Shown here: piece after piece, positions 56,020 through 64,000 of the stretch | How the letters are laid out: the number at the start of each line of letters is the position of its first letter | How positions within the stretch are numbered: the first letter of the stretch is position 1 | Assembly (NCBI GenBank): GCA_005116965.1 | Contig: SWDG01000006.1 | Location: 17,553-81,552 of the forward strand | DNA: 64,000 nt | Source of the DNA: Nitrospira sp. | GTDB taxonomy: Bacteria > Nitrospirota > Nitrospiria > Nitrospirales > Nitrospiraceae | Reading direction: 5' to 3' | Notes under the pieces: generated by a model | Databases searched by the model: none | What the model was told of the DNA's origin: nothing | Seen by the model: the letters and a program-made list of their open reading frames with translations, nothing else | Position numbers and translations under genes: made by a program

Positions 56020-56379
56020 ATGGCCACGTTCATTATTTCAGGTAGTCGAGGAACGGATGACCCCACAATGGCAACGTTGCCGTTCATGGCGGCGAAGACG
56101 GCGAAGGAGCAGGGGCATGATGTTGTGCTCTGGTTGTGGAATGAAGCCGTCACCTTAGGTCGGAAAGGTGTCGCTGATCATATCACCGGTGTAAACCTGA
56201 CTCCGTTGAAAGAACTGCTCGCTGCCGTGCAGGCAGCGGGTGTGCCGATCTGGGTCTGTGGGGCCTGTGCGGTGGCCAGACAGGTTGGCGGAGGGGATTT
56301 AGTAGCTGGGGCCTCTATCAAAGGTATGCCGGATTACATCAAAGCCGTGGCCGAGCGAGACCGGAACGTCATGTTCTGA
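56020..56379 (+). CDS. DsrE/DsrF/TusD-family protein
   Basis: 120 aa with ATFIISGSRGTDDP...LPFMAAKTA...VLWLWNEAV...IWVCGACA. GGAGGAG lies upstream of ATG 56020. Confidence 0.7.
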   Translation: MATFIISGSRGTDDPTMATLPFMAAKTAKEQGHDVVLWLWNEAVTLGRKGVADHITGVNLTPLKELLAAVQAAGVPIWVCGACAVARQVGGGDLVAGASIKGMPDYIKAVAERDRNVMF

Positions 56380-56406
56380 TCGAAGGCAAAATGAAGGAGG
56401 CTTCGA

Positions 56407-57444
56407 ATGGCAGCTGACGGCGAATCGGTCGGGAAGTCGAAGGAACGGAAAGAGCGGAGAGATCCGGCAAATGTCGACGAAGATATGAATGGGCTGGAGG
56501 CGATTCCCACGAGGGTGCCGCGGGAGGGGGACGGGTACCAGGTCCCGCGCAGCGCCTTGATCGCCCAGGGGTTCGGACGTATTGGCGAGCCGGGCTACGC
56601 CTTGACTGCGGATGATCTCCGAAGGGTCAACACAAGGAAAGGATTTCTGAAGCTCCTCGCAAACAAAGCCGTCGATATCGAGGAAGTACGCAAGACTCTG
56701 CTGTACGAACAGGAGTTGCGGCAACTACAAGTTGAACTTGTCAGGCTGCAACGGTGGGTGCAGAGCAGTGGGGAGCGTATCGCCATTTTGGTCGAAGGAC
56801 GGGATGCAGCCGGGAAGGGCGGTACGATTCGCCGGTTCACCGAGCATCTGAATCCTCGCGCCATGCGCGTCGTGGCTCTGCCAAAGCCGACCGATGCAGA
56901 ACGGGGCCAGTGGTATTTCCAGCGCTATATTCACCAGCTCCCCAATAGGGGTGAAATCGTCTTCTTCGACCGGAGTTGGTACAACCGTGCCGTCGTCGAG
57001 CCGGTGATGGGATTCTGCACTAAGAAGGAGCATCAACGGTTCCTGCAACAGGTCCCAGAATTCGAGCACATGCTCTATGAAGACGGTGTGACCATCATCA
57101 AGTTCTGGTTCTCCATCTCCAAGGACGAACAAGCTAGGCGATTCGAAGCGAGGCGGCAGAATCCGCTCAAGCAGTGGAAGCTCAGCCCGGTCGATGAGAA
57201 GGCGCAGGAGCTGTGGGACGCGTATACCCGCTGCAAAGAGGAAATGTTCAGCAAAACGCACTCGACCTTTAGCCCCTGGATCATCGTGCAGGCGAACGAC
57301 AAACAGGCGGCGCGACTGGAAAGCTTGCGTTACGTCCTGAACCTTCTTCCCTACAAAGGAAAGGACGAAGCGCAGATCAGGCTGACGCCCGATCCGAATG
57401 TGATCGTTCGATTCCACCGCAAGATGGTGGAACTGGATCTGTAA
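56407..57444 (+). CDS. ppk2: polyphosphate kinase 2 family protein
   Basis: ILVEGRDAAGKGGTIRRF (Walker A), IVFFDRSWYNR, WKLSPVD, SPWIIVQANDK. Confidence 0.9.
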   Translation: MAADGESVGKSKERKERRDPANVDEDMNGLEAIPTRVPREGDGYQVPRSALIAQGFGRIGEPGYALTADDLRRVNTRKGFLKLLANKAVDIEEVRKTLLYEQELRQLQVELVRLQRWVQSSGERIAILVEGRDAAGKGGTIRRFTEHLNPRAMRVVALPKPTDAERGQWYFQRYIHQLPNRGEIVFFDRSWYNRAVVEPVMGFCTKKEHQRFLQQVPEFEHMLYEDGVTIIKFWFSISKDEQARRFEARRQNPLKQWKLSPVDEKAQELWDAYTRCKEEMFSKTHSTFSPWIIVQANDKQAARLESLRYVLNLLPYKGKDEAQIRLTPDPNVIVRFHRKMVELDL

Positions 57445-57486
57445 TGTCGGAAGGTAGTTGGCACCGCCGACGAAAGGAACAAGAGG

Positions 57487-58023
57487 ATGAAGACGAGTCT
57501 GTCGATGTTCATAGTCGCTGCGCTGTGCTGTGCGGTCCCTGCCGGTGCGGCAGAGCGCCACATGATGCAGCCGATCGTACCTGCCGGTAAGTTGGCTGAG
57601 GCGAGGGGGCTCAAGAACCCCTTGTCGAATTCGCCCGAAGTCATTGAGCAGGGAAAATCTGTGTACAACGGCAAGGGCGGCTGCGTCACCTGTCATGGCA
57701 TAGACGGAGACGGCAAAGGGCCGGCGTCTGCGACTATGAATCCCTCACCTCGCAACTTCCAGCACCACGGTTTCTGGCGGCATCGCACCGAGGGAGAAGT
57801 CTTCTGGGCCATCAAATATGGGTCACCAGGCACAGCCATGATCGCATTTGGTTCGGTATTGTCCGACAAAGAAATCTGGGCCCTCATCCAATATGAGCGC
57901 ACCTTCGCCGGCAGCCATGGGCCTGGCATGATGGGGCGTGGAGGGGGGATGGGACCTGGCGGTGGTATGGGTGGGAGAGAAGGTATGGGACATCGCGGGC
58001 GCAAAGGCGGAAAAGATGAGTGA
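57487..58023 (+). CDS. class I c-type cytochrome with Gly/Met-rich C-terminal tail
   Basis: Has a signal peptide, a CVTCHG site and a PGTAMIAF distal Met. The tail is GPGMMGRGGGMGPGGGMGGREGMGHRGRKGG. Confidence 0.8.
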   Translation: MKTSLSMFIVAALCCAVPAGAAERHMMQPIVPAGKLAEARGLKNPLSNSPEVIEQGKSVYNGKGGCVTCHGIDGDGKGPASATMNPSPRNFQHHGFWRHRTEGEVFWAIKYGSPGTAMIAFGSVLSDKEIWALIQYERTFAGSHGPGMMGRGGGMGPGGGMGGREGMGHRGRKGGKDE

Positions 58024-58091
58024 GAGTCTTGAGGCTGAGAACCGCTCTATAGGAATAACACCAACATTTATCAATCCTGGAGGTCTTGGTC

Positions 58092-58688
58092 ATGACGAAG
58101 TTGTGGAAGCGCTGGATGGTTGCAGTTGGAGGAGCCGTAGTGGTCATTGCGATGACAGTGTTCCCTGTCTTTGCCGATGAAGGCCATGGGAAGATGGGGC
58201 ATGGTGGCCACGATCAGGATGATCAGGGCGATCATAGTGGGGACTATCTGAAGCATCTGCTGAAACATGTCAAAGAGATCGGGTTGACGCCGGAACAAAT
58301 CACCAAGCTTAAATCCATGCAGCTGGACTTTAAACGAACCGAGGCCAGGTTGGAAGCCGACGCGAAGGTGGCAAAACTCGAACTGCATGCGCTGTTGGAA
58401 GATGAGCAGGCTGACCTCATTGCGATACAGGCGAAAGTCGATCAACTGAAAAAAGCGGAATCGGCCTGTCTGTTCACAGCCATCAAAAGTACGCGTAACG
58501 CCATGGCCATGTTGACTCCCGACCAACGGGAAAAGGACCGTGCCGTTCATGAACACATGAAGAGTGGAACCCAGCACGGAGGTGGAATGGGAGGGATGAT
58601 GGGGGGTATGGGAGGTGGAATGATGGGAGGCGGCGGGCATGGACAGAGCAGTGGTGCTGCCAGTGGCGGGCAGCAACACCAGCATTGA
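58092..58688 (+). CDS. periplasmic Spy/CpxP/ZraP-family (LTxxQ) protein with His-rich N-terminal and Gly/Met/His-rich C-terminal tracts
   Basis: Has a signal peptide, two LTxxQ motifs (LTPEQITKL, LTPDQREK), an N-terminal tract HGKMGHGGHDQDDQGDH and a C-terminal tract GGGMGGMMGGMGGGMMGGGGHGQ. Confidence 0.7.
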   Translation: MTKLWKRWMVAVGGAVVVIAMTVFPVFADEGHGKMGHGGHDQDDQGDHSGDYLKHLLKHVKEIGLTPEQITKLKSMQLDFKRTEARLEADAKVAKLELHALLEDEQADLIAIQAKVDQLKKAESACLFTAIKSTRNAMAMLTPDQREKDRAVHEHMKSGTQHGGGMGGMMGGMGGGMMGGGGHGQSSGAASGGQQHQH

Positions 58689-58731
58689 ACATCGAGCGTC
58701 GTCGTCCGTTCTTGAAAGAAGAGGAGCGCGC

Positions 58732-59091
58732 ATGTCCTTACGTATTGTGGTTAGCCTCGTCGTAGTGGCGTTGACTGCTTCGTGGGCTCTGGCTCAGAGC
58801 CATTATGGAAACACGAAGAACGGAGAGAGAATCTTTCAACAACACTGTGCTGGATGCCATGGAACCTCGGGTGATGGGCTTGGGCCTGAGATCAAGGAAT
58901 TAATTGTGCCACCGGCGAATTTTCGAGCGGTGAAATCACGCACGAAGACCGATATGGAACTGTATCTTGCGGTCAAGCAGGGAGTCCTCTTCAGTCCAAT
59001 GCACAGCTGGGCGGATCGGCTGTCAAACCAGGAGATGTGGGACGTCTTGAGCTACATCCGTACGTTGGCTCCGTTCAACCCACTCGGCTAG
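58732..59091 (+). CDS. class I c-type cytochrome (monohaem)
   Basis: Has a signal peptide (VVALTASWALA), a CAGCHG site and a SPMHSW distal Met. GAGGAG lies upstream of ATG 58732. Confidence 0.8.
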   Translation: MSLRIVVSLVVVALTASWALAQSHYGNTKNGERIFQQHCAGCHGTSGDGLGPEIKELIVPPANFRAVKSRTKTDMELYLAVKQGVLFSPMHSWADRLSNQEMWDVLSYIRTLAPFNPLG

Positions 59092-59116
59092 CTCCGCTTA
59101 ACTACGACTCATGGAT

Positions 59117-59139
59117 CCCTGTCGCATTCTGCGACAGGG
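59117..59139 (+). terminator. hairpin after the last cytochrome gene (weak terminator candidate)
   Basis: CCCTGTCGCA-TTC-TGCGACAGGG is a perfect 10-bp stem. The tail ATATTTCAT is only weakly T-rich. Confidence 0.4.
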
Positions 59140-59247
59140 ATATTTCATGGTGAGACCTAGAACGCCACAGGCGAGAGGTCTCCCATTTGAATCGTTCAGC
59201 AAGCTCTCGTCATATCACAACAATTCCCGCCACACTTGTCACTTTCG

Positions 59248-59263
59248 TGGCACGGACTTGGCT
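59248..59263 (+). promoter_or_regulatory. candidate sigma-54 (-24/-12) promoter ahead of ytxH-like gene
   Basis: TGGCAC-GGACT-TGGCT has GG and GC at canonical spacing, with one mismatch in the -12 box. It lies ~45 nt upstream of ATG 59306. Confidence 0.4.
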
Positions 59264-59305
59264 CTCTCAACCAACAGCACGTTCCTAATCTACGGAGGAT
59301 TCGTC

Positions 59306-59617
59306 ATGTCAAATCAGGACGCCAAGTGTTCACCAGAAACCGTTGTCCTCGCATTTCTCGGCGGAGCGATCGGGGGGATGATTGCCGGTATCCTTCTCGC
59401 TCCCAGGTCGGGCGAGGAAACGCGTCGTGAATTAAAGAGCCAGGCTCGAAGGACGGAAGAAGAGCTCATCGAGAAAGCCAAGGAGGCGCGCGCCGCTCTT
59501 GATGAGGTCATTGAGCGTGGCAAGCACTTCGTGGCGGAGAAACGCGCGGATGTTGAAGCTGCGGTCACGGCAGGGAAGGAAGCCATGAAAGAGAAGATGG
59601 ACAAATGCTGTAACTGA
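59306..59617 (+). CDS. YtxH-domain protein
   Basis: LAFLGGAIGGMIAGILLAPRSGEETRRELK is followed by a charged helical region. GGAGGA lies upstream of ATG 59306. Confidence 0.75.
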   Translation: MSNQDAKCSPETVVLAFLGGAIGGMIAGILLAPRSGEETRRELKSQARRTEEELIEKAKEARAALDEVIERGKHFVAEKRADVEAAVTAGKEAMKEKMDKCCN

Positions 59618-59646
59618 CGCGGTCATCGTCAGGAAGGAGTAGCCGG

Positions 59647-60003
59647 ATGCTACGAGTCGACAATATTCGAAAGAAGCTGATTTCCCAACGGCGTGAGCTG
59701 TTTCGGGAAGTGGCCAAGACGGAAGAGGATCTGCGCTGGCTCCAAAGCGATATCGAAAGCGAAGTGGAGGAGCGGGGGCAGGAGGAGGCTATGGTTCGGC
59801 TGCTCGATCGTCTGGATGGGCGAGGGAAAGCCGAGATCGAGGCGATCGACCGGGCGCTCTTCAAGCTGGGTTCTGAGCAGTACGGTCGATGTGAGCAATG
59901 CGGGAAGGCCATCCCCCAATCCAGGCTAGAGGCGGTCCCCGCGGCTGCTATGTGCATGGCTTGCGAGCAGGCAGAGGAGAACCAGGCGGCGCTGAGGAAA
60001 TAG
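59647..60003 (+). CDS. DksA/TraR-family C4 zinc-finger protein
   Basis: A coiled-coil N-terminus is followed by CEQCGKAI...MCMAC. Confidence 0.8.
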   Translation: MLRVDNIRKKLISQRRELFREVAKTEEDLRWLQSDIESEVEERGQEEAMVRLLDRLDGRGKAEIEAIDRALFKLGSEQYGRCEQCGKAIPQSRLEAVPAAAMCMACEQAEENQAALRK

Positions 60004-60094
60004 GCGAGTAAGCCGTCAGCGATCATATCAGGAGCGCGAGTCGCTGCCTGTTGGAAGCCGGTCAGCGGATATCTTTTGTGAAAGGAGATCGCCG

Positions 60095-60487
60095 ATGGAA
60101 ATCAAAGTGCTGTTGTGTAACTGCAAGGGGCTCTGCGATTCATTCAAAGACTCCGATATGAATAAACTCCCTTTCGAGGTCGAATCAGATCTGGATGTCA
60201 AGTATACGGTTCTCAGTCCGCAGTTGTGCGGGCAGGGCGGGAATGCCATTTTGGAAGAGGCGATGAAGACGTCTAAGCCGGACGATTACTTGCTCGTGGG
60301 CGCCTGCGCTCCGAAGGCCCAGGAGAAGCTCTTCAAAAAGCTCATTCGTGCGACTGGCTTCAATGAGAAGCATTTTGTGCCGGTCGATATCCGGGGCACC
60401 GATAACACGGGAATTCTGGGTCGTCTGCGCGAATCTGTCGAAGGCGTTCTTAAGCAGGCGGAAGCCGGACCAAGTCCTGCAGCATAA
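60095..60487 (+). CDS. Cys-rich hypothetical protein
   Basis: 130 aa. The N-terminus is IKVLLCNCKGLCDSF, with later LCGQGG and LLVGACAP. Good SD (AAAGGAG). Family not recognised. Confidence 0.5.
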   Translation: MEIKVLLCNCKGLCDSFKDSDMNKLPFEVESDLDVKYTVLSPQLCGQGGNAILEEAMKTSKPDDYLLVGACAPKAQEKLFKKLIRATGFNEKHFVPVDIRGTDNTGILGRLRESVEGVLKQAEAGPSPAA

Positions 60488-60523
60488 GCAGGAAGATGAT
60501 TGGCATGAGAAGGTGAGCGCAAT

Positions 60524-61282
60524 TTGGACACGAGCAATATTCTCCAGCTTGATGAGGTGAGCGTCGAGGTCGGCGGACGGTCGATCCTCCACGATGTCAG
60601 CTTGCGGATCAGACCGGGAGAGACGCATGTGCTCTTCGGTCCGAACGGATCGGGCAAATCCTCGTTGCTGATGGCCATCATGGGGCTGAGTCGGTACCGC
60701 GTCACCAAGGGCCGGATCTTGTTTCAGGGCCAGGACATCACCCGCCTTCCTGTTGATGAGCGCGCGCGTCTGGGGATCGGCCTCATGCAGCAGCGCCCTC
60801 CGAGTGTGCGCGGTATTCCGTTGGGACAGCTTGCCGAAGTCTCGGCACAGGGAAAGGACGGCAAACGGGTTGCGGAACTGGCGGATCAGCTTGGCTGCTC
60901 CAGTTTGCTCGCGCGCGATGTGAACGTGGGGTTTTCAGGCGGCGAAATCAAGAAGGCCGAACTGCTCCAGCTCATGGCTCAGCAGCCAGCGTTGGCCCTG
61001 GTCGATGAACCAGACGCCGGCGTTGATCTGGACAGTATTGCAGTGGTGGGGCAAGCGCTCGCTTGCCTCGTGAAGCAGCCGAGTGCCGAGGCCGTGGCGC
61101 CAGCGGCACTCATCATTACGCATACCGGACACATCCTCAATTATCTGCGGGCGGATGTGGGGCATGTGCTCTATGGCGGCACGCTCGTCGGAGAAGGGGA
61201 AGGACTCCAGCTGCTGGAAGAAATTCGTAAACACGGGTACGGGAAATGTCCGATCTGTCGCTCACACATTCCGGTCCAATAA
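60524..61282 (+). CDS. sufC: Fe-S cluster assembly ATPase SufC
   Basis: FGPNGSGKSSLL, FSGGEIKKAELLQL, ALVDEPDAGVDLD. TTG start. Confidence 0.9.
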   Translation: MDTSNILQLDEVSVEVGGRSILHDVSLRIRPGETHVLFGPNGSGKSSLLMAIMGLSRYRVTKGRILFQGQDITRLPVDERARLGIGLMQQRPPSVRGIPLGQLAEVSAQGKDGKRVAELADQLGCSSLLARDVNVGFSGGEIKKAELLQLMAQQPALALVDEPDAGVDLDSIAVVGQALACLVKQPSAEAVAPAALIITHTGHILNYLRADVGHVLYGGTLVGEGEGLQLLEEIRKHGYGKCPICRSHIPVQ

Positions 61283-62523
61283 GCGCCAGGGAAGAGTCGC
61301 TCCGGGCTCGCGCAATCCAGGCCCAGGCGCGGCCGTCACCCTATGGCCCCGATCTGGACCTGACGACGTTCAGTCAGCCTGTCGAGCAGCAACGCCAACG
61401 GGTCGAGGCCTTGCGATCGCTGGAGCAGCAGATGCGGGAAGCCGCATTACTGGCTGGCATCGACAGCGAGGAGACCGGCAGGGCGGCATCGTATTTTCAA
61501 GTCGACTACTCCGCCATCTACGAACGCATCCAGCGGCGCTATCAAGGCCAGATCGAACTCATGACCGTGACCGAGGCTCTCAAATCCTACGACTGGTTGC
61601 GGGACTATTGGTGGCAGGCGGTCGAGGTCGATCAGGACAAGTACACGGCGGCGGTGGAACTGGCTCAAACGGGCGGCTTCTTCTTACGGGTCTTTGCGGG
61701 CCAGCGCGTCACAGAACCAATCCAGGCCTGTCTGCTCGTGCAGGAAAACAATATCAGCCAGAACGTCCACAATGTAATCCTGATTGAAGAAGGCGCCGCC
61801 GCCCAGCTAATTACGGGCTGTACCCTCCATCCACGTGTTGAAACGGGGCTGCACATCGGTGTGACCGAGGTGTTCCTCAAGAAGGGAGCGACGCTCGCGG
61901 AGACGATGATCCACAACTGGGCCGAAGGGTTCCATGTCCGGCCCAGGACAGGCATCATTGCCGAAGAGAGTGCGACGTTTGTGAGCAACTACATTCTGCT
62001 CCGTCCCGTACGGTCGGTGCAGGGCTATCCGCGTGTCTTCCTTCGTGGAGCGGGTGCACGGGCCCAGTTCAACAGCATCATGGTGGGCCTCAAGGAGTCC
62101 CTCATCGATATGGGGACTTATGCGGAGCTGACGGGGCAGGGCACCCGAGCCGACGCGATCTCACGGGCTGTCGCCAGAGACCAGTCCACCATGTATTTGC
62201 GGGGTGAGTTAGTCGGTCAGCACAACGAGAGTCGGGGCCATCTGGACTGCCGCGGCATGCTGCTCTCCGAGCACGCCAAGATGCATGCGATTCCAGAATT
62301 GCTGGCTGACTCGGCGCCACGGAGTCAGTTGTCACATGAAGCGGCTGTCGGCCCGATCGCTGAAGAAGCGGTGGAATATCTCATGACGCGCGGGCTACCG
62401 CGAGACGTTGCGATCTCGACCCTGGTTCGCGGCTTCATGCAGATCGAGCTGCCGGGCCTTCCGGACATCCTGACCAAACACATCCAGCGGGTGCTCGCAG
62501 CCACGGCAGAGCACTCCTTATAA
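61246..62523 (+). CDS. SufB/SufD-family Fe-S assembly scaffold protein
   Basis: 425 aa. The C-terminus reads RGMLLSEHAKMHAIPELL...SHEAAVGPIAEEAVEYLMTRGLPRDVAISTLVRGF, typical of SufB/SufD. Confidence 0.85.
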   Translation: MSDLSLTHSGPISAREESLRARAIQAQARPSPYGPDLDLTTFSQPVEQQRQRVEALRSLEQQMREAALLAGIDSEETGRAASYFQVDYSAIYERIQRRYQGQIELMTVTEALKSYDWLRDYWWQAVEVDQDKYTAAVELAQTGGFFLRVFAGQRVTEPIQACLLVQENNISQNVHNVILIEEGAAAQLITGCTLHPRVETGLHIGVTEVFLKKGATLAETMIHNWAEGFHVRPRTGIIAEESATFVSNYILLRPVRSVQGYPRVFLRGAGARAQFNSIMVGLKESLIDMGTYAELTGQGTRADAISRAVARDQSTMYLRGELVGQHNESRGHLDCRGMLLSEHAKMHAIPELLADSAPRSQLSHEAAVGPIAEEAVEYLMTRGLPRDVAISTLVRGFMQIELPGLPDILTKHIQRVLAATAEHSL

Positions 62524-62537
62524 AAGAGCAGTAGAGA

Positions 62538-62801
62538 ATGATCACGAAGGAAGAAGTGCTGGAGGCGTTACAAACGGTTCAGGACCCGGAGCTGGGTCAG
62601 GATCTGGTCAGTCTCGACATGATTCGGGACGTTCGGATCGAAGGGGACCGGGTCTCCTTCACCGTCGTCCTCACGACTCCAGCCTGCCCGCTGGGGATGG
62701 AATTCCAGGAACGGTGTGAGGAAGCGGTTCGGCGGCTGCCCGGCGTTCGGGACGTGGGAATCACGATGAGTGCCGACGTGGGGTCAATCGACGGCGTATG
62801 A
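62538..62801 (+). CDS. DUF59 (MIP18/SufT-like) Fe-S assembly domain protein, Mrp N-terminal type
   Basis: VQDPELGQDLVSLDMIRDVRIEGDRVSFTVVLTTPACP. 87 aa with no ATPase domain following. Confidence 0.75.
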   Translation: MITKEEVLEALQTVQDPELGQDLVSLDMIRDVRIEGDRVSFTVVLTTPACPLGMEFQERCEEAVRRLPGVRDVGITMSADVGSIDGV

Positions 62802-62855
62802 CGGATCGTACCTTGTGTGATCCCGAGGTCATCCAACAGAAGAGGACCCTCCGCG

Positions 62856-64000
62856 ATGAACGTACGGCGAATACTCACGATCGACGGCAATGAAGCCGTG
62901 GCCTCGGTCGCCTACCGGACGAACGAGGTGATCGCGATCTATCCGATCACCCCCGCTTCCTCGATGGGCGAACTGGCCGACGAATGGGCAACACAACAGA
63001 AGCCGAATCTCTGGGGGACGATTCCCACCATTGCGCAGATGCAGTCGGAAGGCGGAGCTGCCGGGGCAGTCCACGGCGCTCTGCAGGCCGGCGCCTTGAC
63101 CACCACGTTCACGGCCTCGCAGGGCCTTCTACTTATGATTCCCAACCTCTACAAGATCGCCGGAGAACTCACGGCCTTCTGCATGCATGTGGCCACGCGC
63201 ACCGTCGCCACCCACGCCCTGTCCATCTTCGGCGATCATTCCGATGTGATGGCCTGTCGCCAAACCGGGTTCGCCATCCTGACCTCCGGCTCCGTACAGG
63301 AGGCGCATGACCTCGCCTGCGTCGCCCAGGCCGCGACCCTGGCCACGAGGATTCCCTTCATCCATTGCTTCGACGGCTTCCGCACGTCCCATGAAATCGC
63401 CAAGATCGAGGAACTGACGGATGCAGATCTCCGCGCGATGCTCGACGAGGGCTCCATTCAGGCGCACCGGAAGCGAGCCTTGACCCCGGACCGGCCGATC
63501 CTGCGCGGCACGGCGCAGAATCCGGATGCCTTCTTCCAGGCACGCGAAGCCTGCCAGCCGTTTTACTCGGCCTGTCCAGACCGCGTGCAATGGGTCATGG
63601 ACCAATTCGCGGCACTCACCGGCCGCCCGTATCACCTGTTCGACTACGTCGGCCATCCAGATGCCGAACGCGTGATCGTGCTGATGGGCTCAGGCGCTGA
63701 GACCGTTCATGAGACGGTCAACTGGCTGCTCGAACGTGGTGAGCGCGTTGGTGTGCTGAAGGTCCGCCTCTATCGTCCGTTCGACGTTCAGCGATTCCTG
63801 GCTGCTCTTCCATCGACCACCCGAGCCCTCGCCGTGCTGGATCGGACGAAAGAGCCTGGTTCGGTGGGCGAGCCGCTCTATCTCGACGTGGTCGCCGCCT
63901 TGCATGAGGGACGTGCCGAGGGACTGAGCCGTTTTACGGAAGAGCCGACCGTCATCGGCGGACGGTATGGGCTCTCCTCGAAAGAATTCACGCCGGCCAT
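62856..64000 (+). CDS. pyruvate:ferredoxin (flavodoxin) oxidoreductase, NifJ-type, 5' part (runs off the window)
   Basis: Not in the ORF track because no stop is reached. My manual translation from ATG 62856 gives MNVRRILTIDGNEAVASVAYRTNEVIAIYPITPASSMGELADEW...GAAGAVHGALQAGALTTTFTASQGLLLMIPNLYKIAGEL...FDGFRTSHE. Confidence 0.9.
   Translation, partial: MNVRRILTIDGNEAVASVAYRTNEVIAIYPITPASSMGELADEWATQQKPNLWGTIPTIAQMQSEGGAAGAVHGALQAGALTTTFTASQGLLLMIPNLYKIAGELTAFCMHVATRTVATHALSIFGDHSDVMACRQTGFAILTSGSVQEAHDLACVAQAATLATRIPFIHCFDGFRTSHEIAKIEELTDADLRAMLDEGSIQAHRKRALTPDRPILRGTAQNPDAFFQAREACQPFYSACPDRVQWVMDQFAALTGRPYHLFDYVGHPDAERVIVLMGSGAETVHETVNWLLERGERVGVLKVRLYRPFDVQRFLAALPSTTRALAVLDRTKEPGSVGEPLYLDVVAALHEGRAEGLSRFTEEPTVIGGRYGLSSKEFTPA

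Noticed and set aside
56725-57696. 323-aa minus-strand ORF
   Set aside because: It is antisense to ppk2 and the following cytochrome c gene, so it is a shadow ORF.

Overview
This is a densely coding, moderately GC-rich bacterial chromosomal window. The gene content includes a Cld-family protein, a NifJ-type pyruvate:ferredoxin oxidoreductase, many periplasmic c-type cytochromes, sigma-54 regulators and a phosphoketolase/acetate kinase pair. That mix suggests a Nitrospira-like chemolithoautotroph, but this is inference only. Region 0-10 kb holds housekeeping genes: mdh, a NuoF-like flavoprotein with ferredoxin and ErpA, queD-folE and rarA. It also holds a frameshifted hydrolase and a junction of two 5'-truncated genes (ABC-F and purA). 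Region 10-15 kb holds a Wzx-like flippase, a degenerate AsnB-like protein, tRNA-Lys(UUU) and a HepT/MntA toxin-antitoxin pair. Region 15.8-21.6 kb is a sigma-54 signalling block with two enhancer-binding proteins, a multi-PAS histidine kinase and a receiver protein. Region 22-37 kb holds a 2OG oxygenase, an outer-membrane barrel, a Cld-like protein, a glgP fragment with ackA and xfp, ftsH and an Mla/MCE-type ABC system. Two accessory-looking blocks stand out. The first (38.0-49.9 kb, minus strand) is an orphan NRPS operon: FAAL-ACP-C-A-T-C-A-T-TE, a cyclic-peptide ABC exporter and an Sfp-type PPTase. It has a Cys in the TE nucleophile position and an HR variant in the first C-domain motif. The second (50.1-59.1 kb, plus strand) is an island of c-type cytochromes (including a TsdA-like dihaem and a tetrahaem), YeeE/YedE, DUF2892, OsmC, DsrE, cupredoxin-like proteins, PPK2 and a Spy/ZraP-like protein. 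The window ends with ytxH, dksA-like, a minimal SUF set, a DUF59 gene and the 5' part of PFOR. A family of 7-nt-periodic intergenic repeats recurs in front of several genes. I saw no rRNA, CRISPR array, transposase or integrase. All calls come from reading the translations and DNA by eye; no searches were run.
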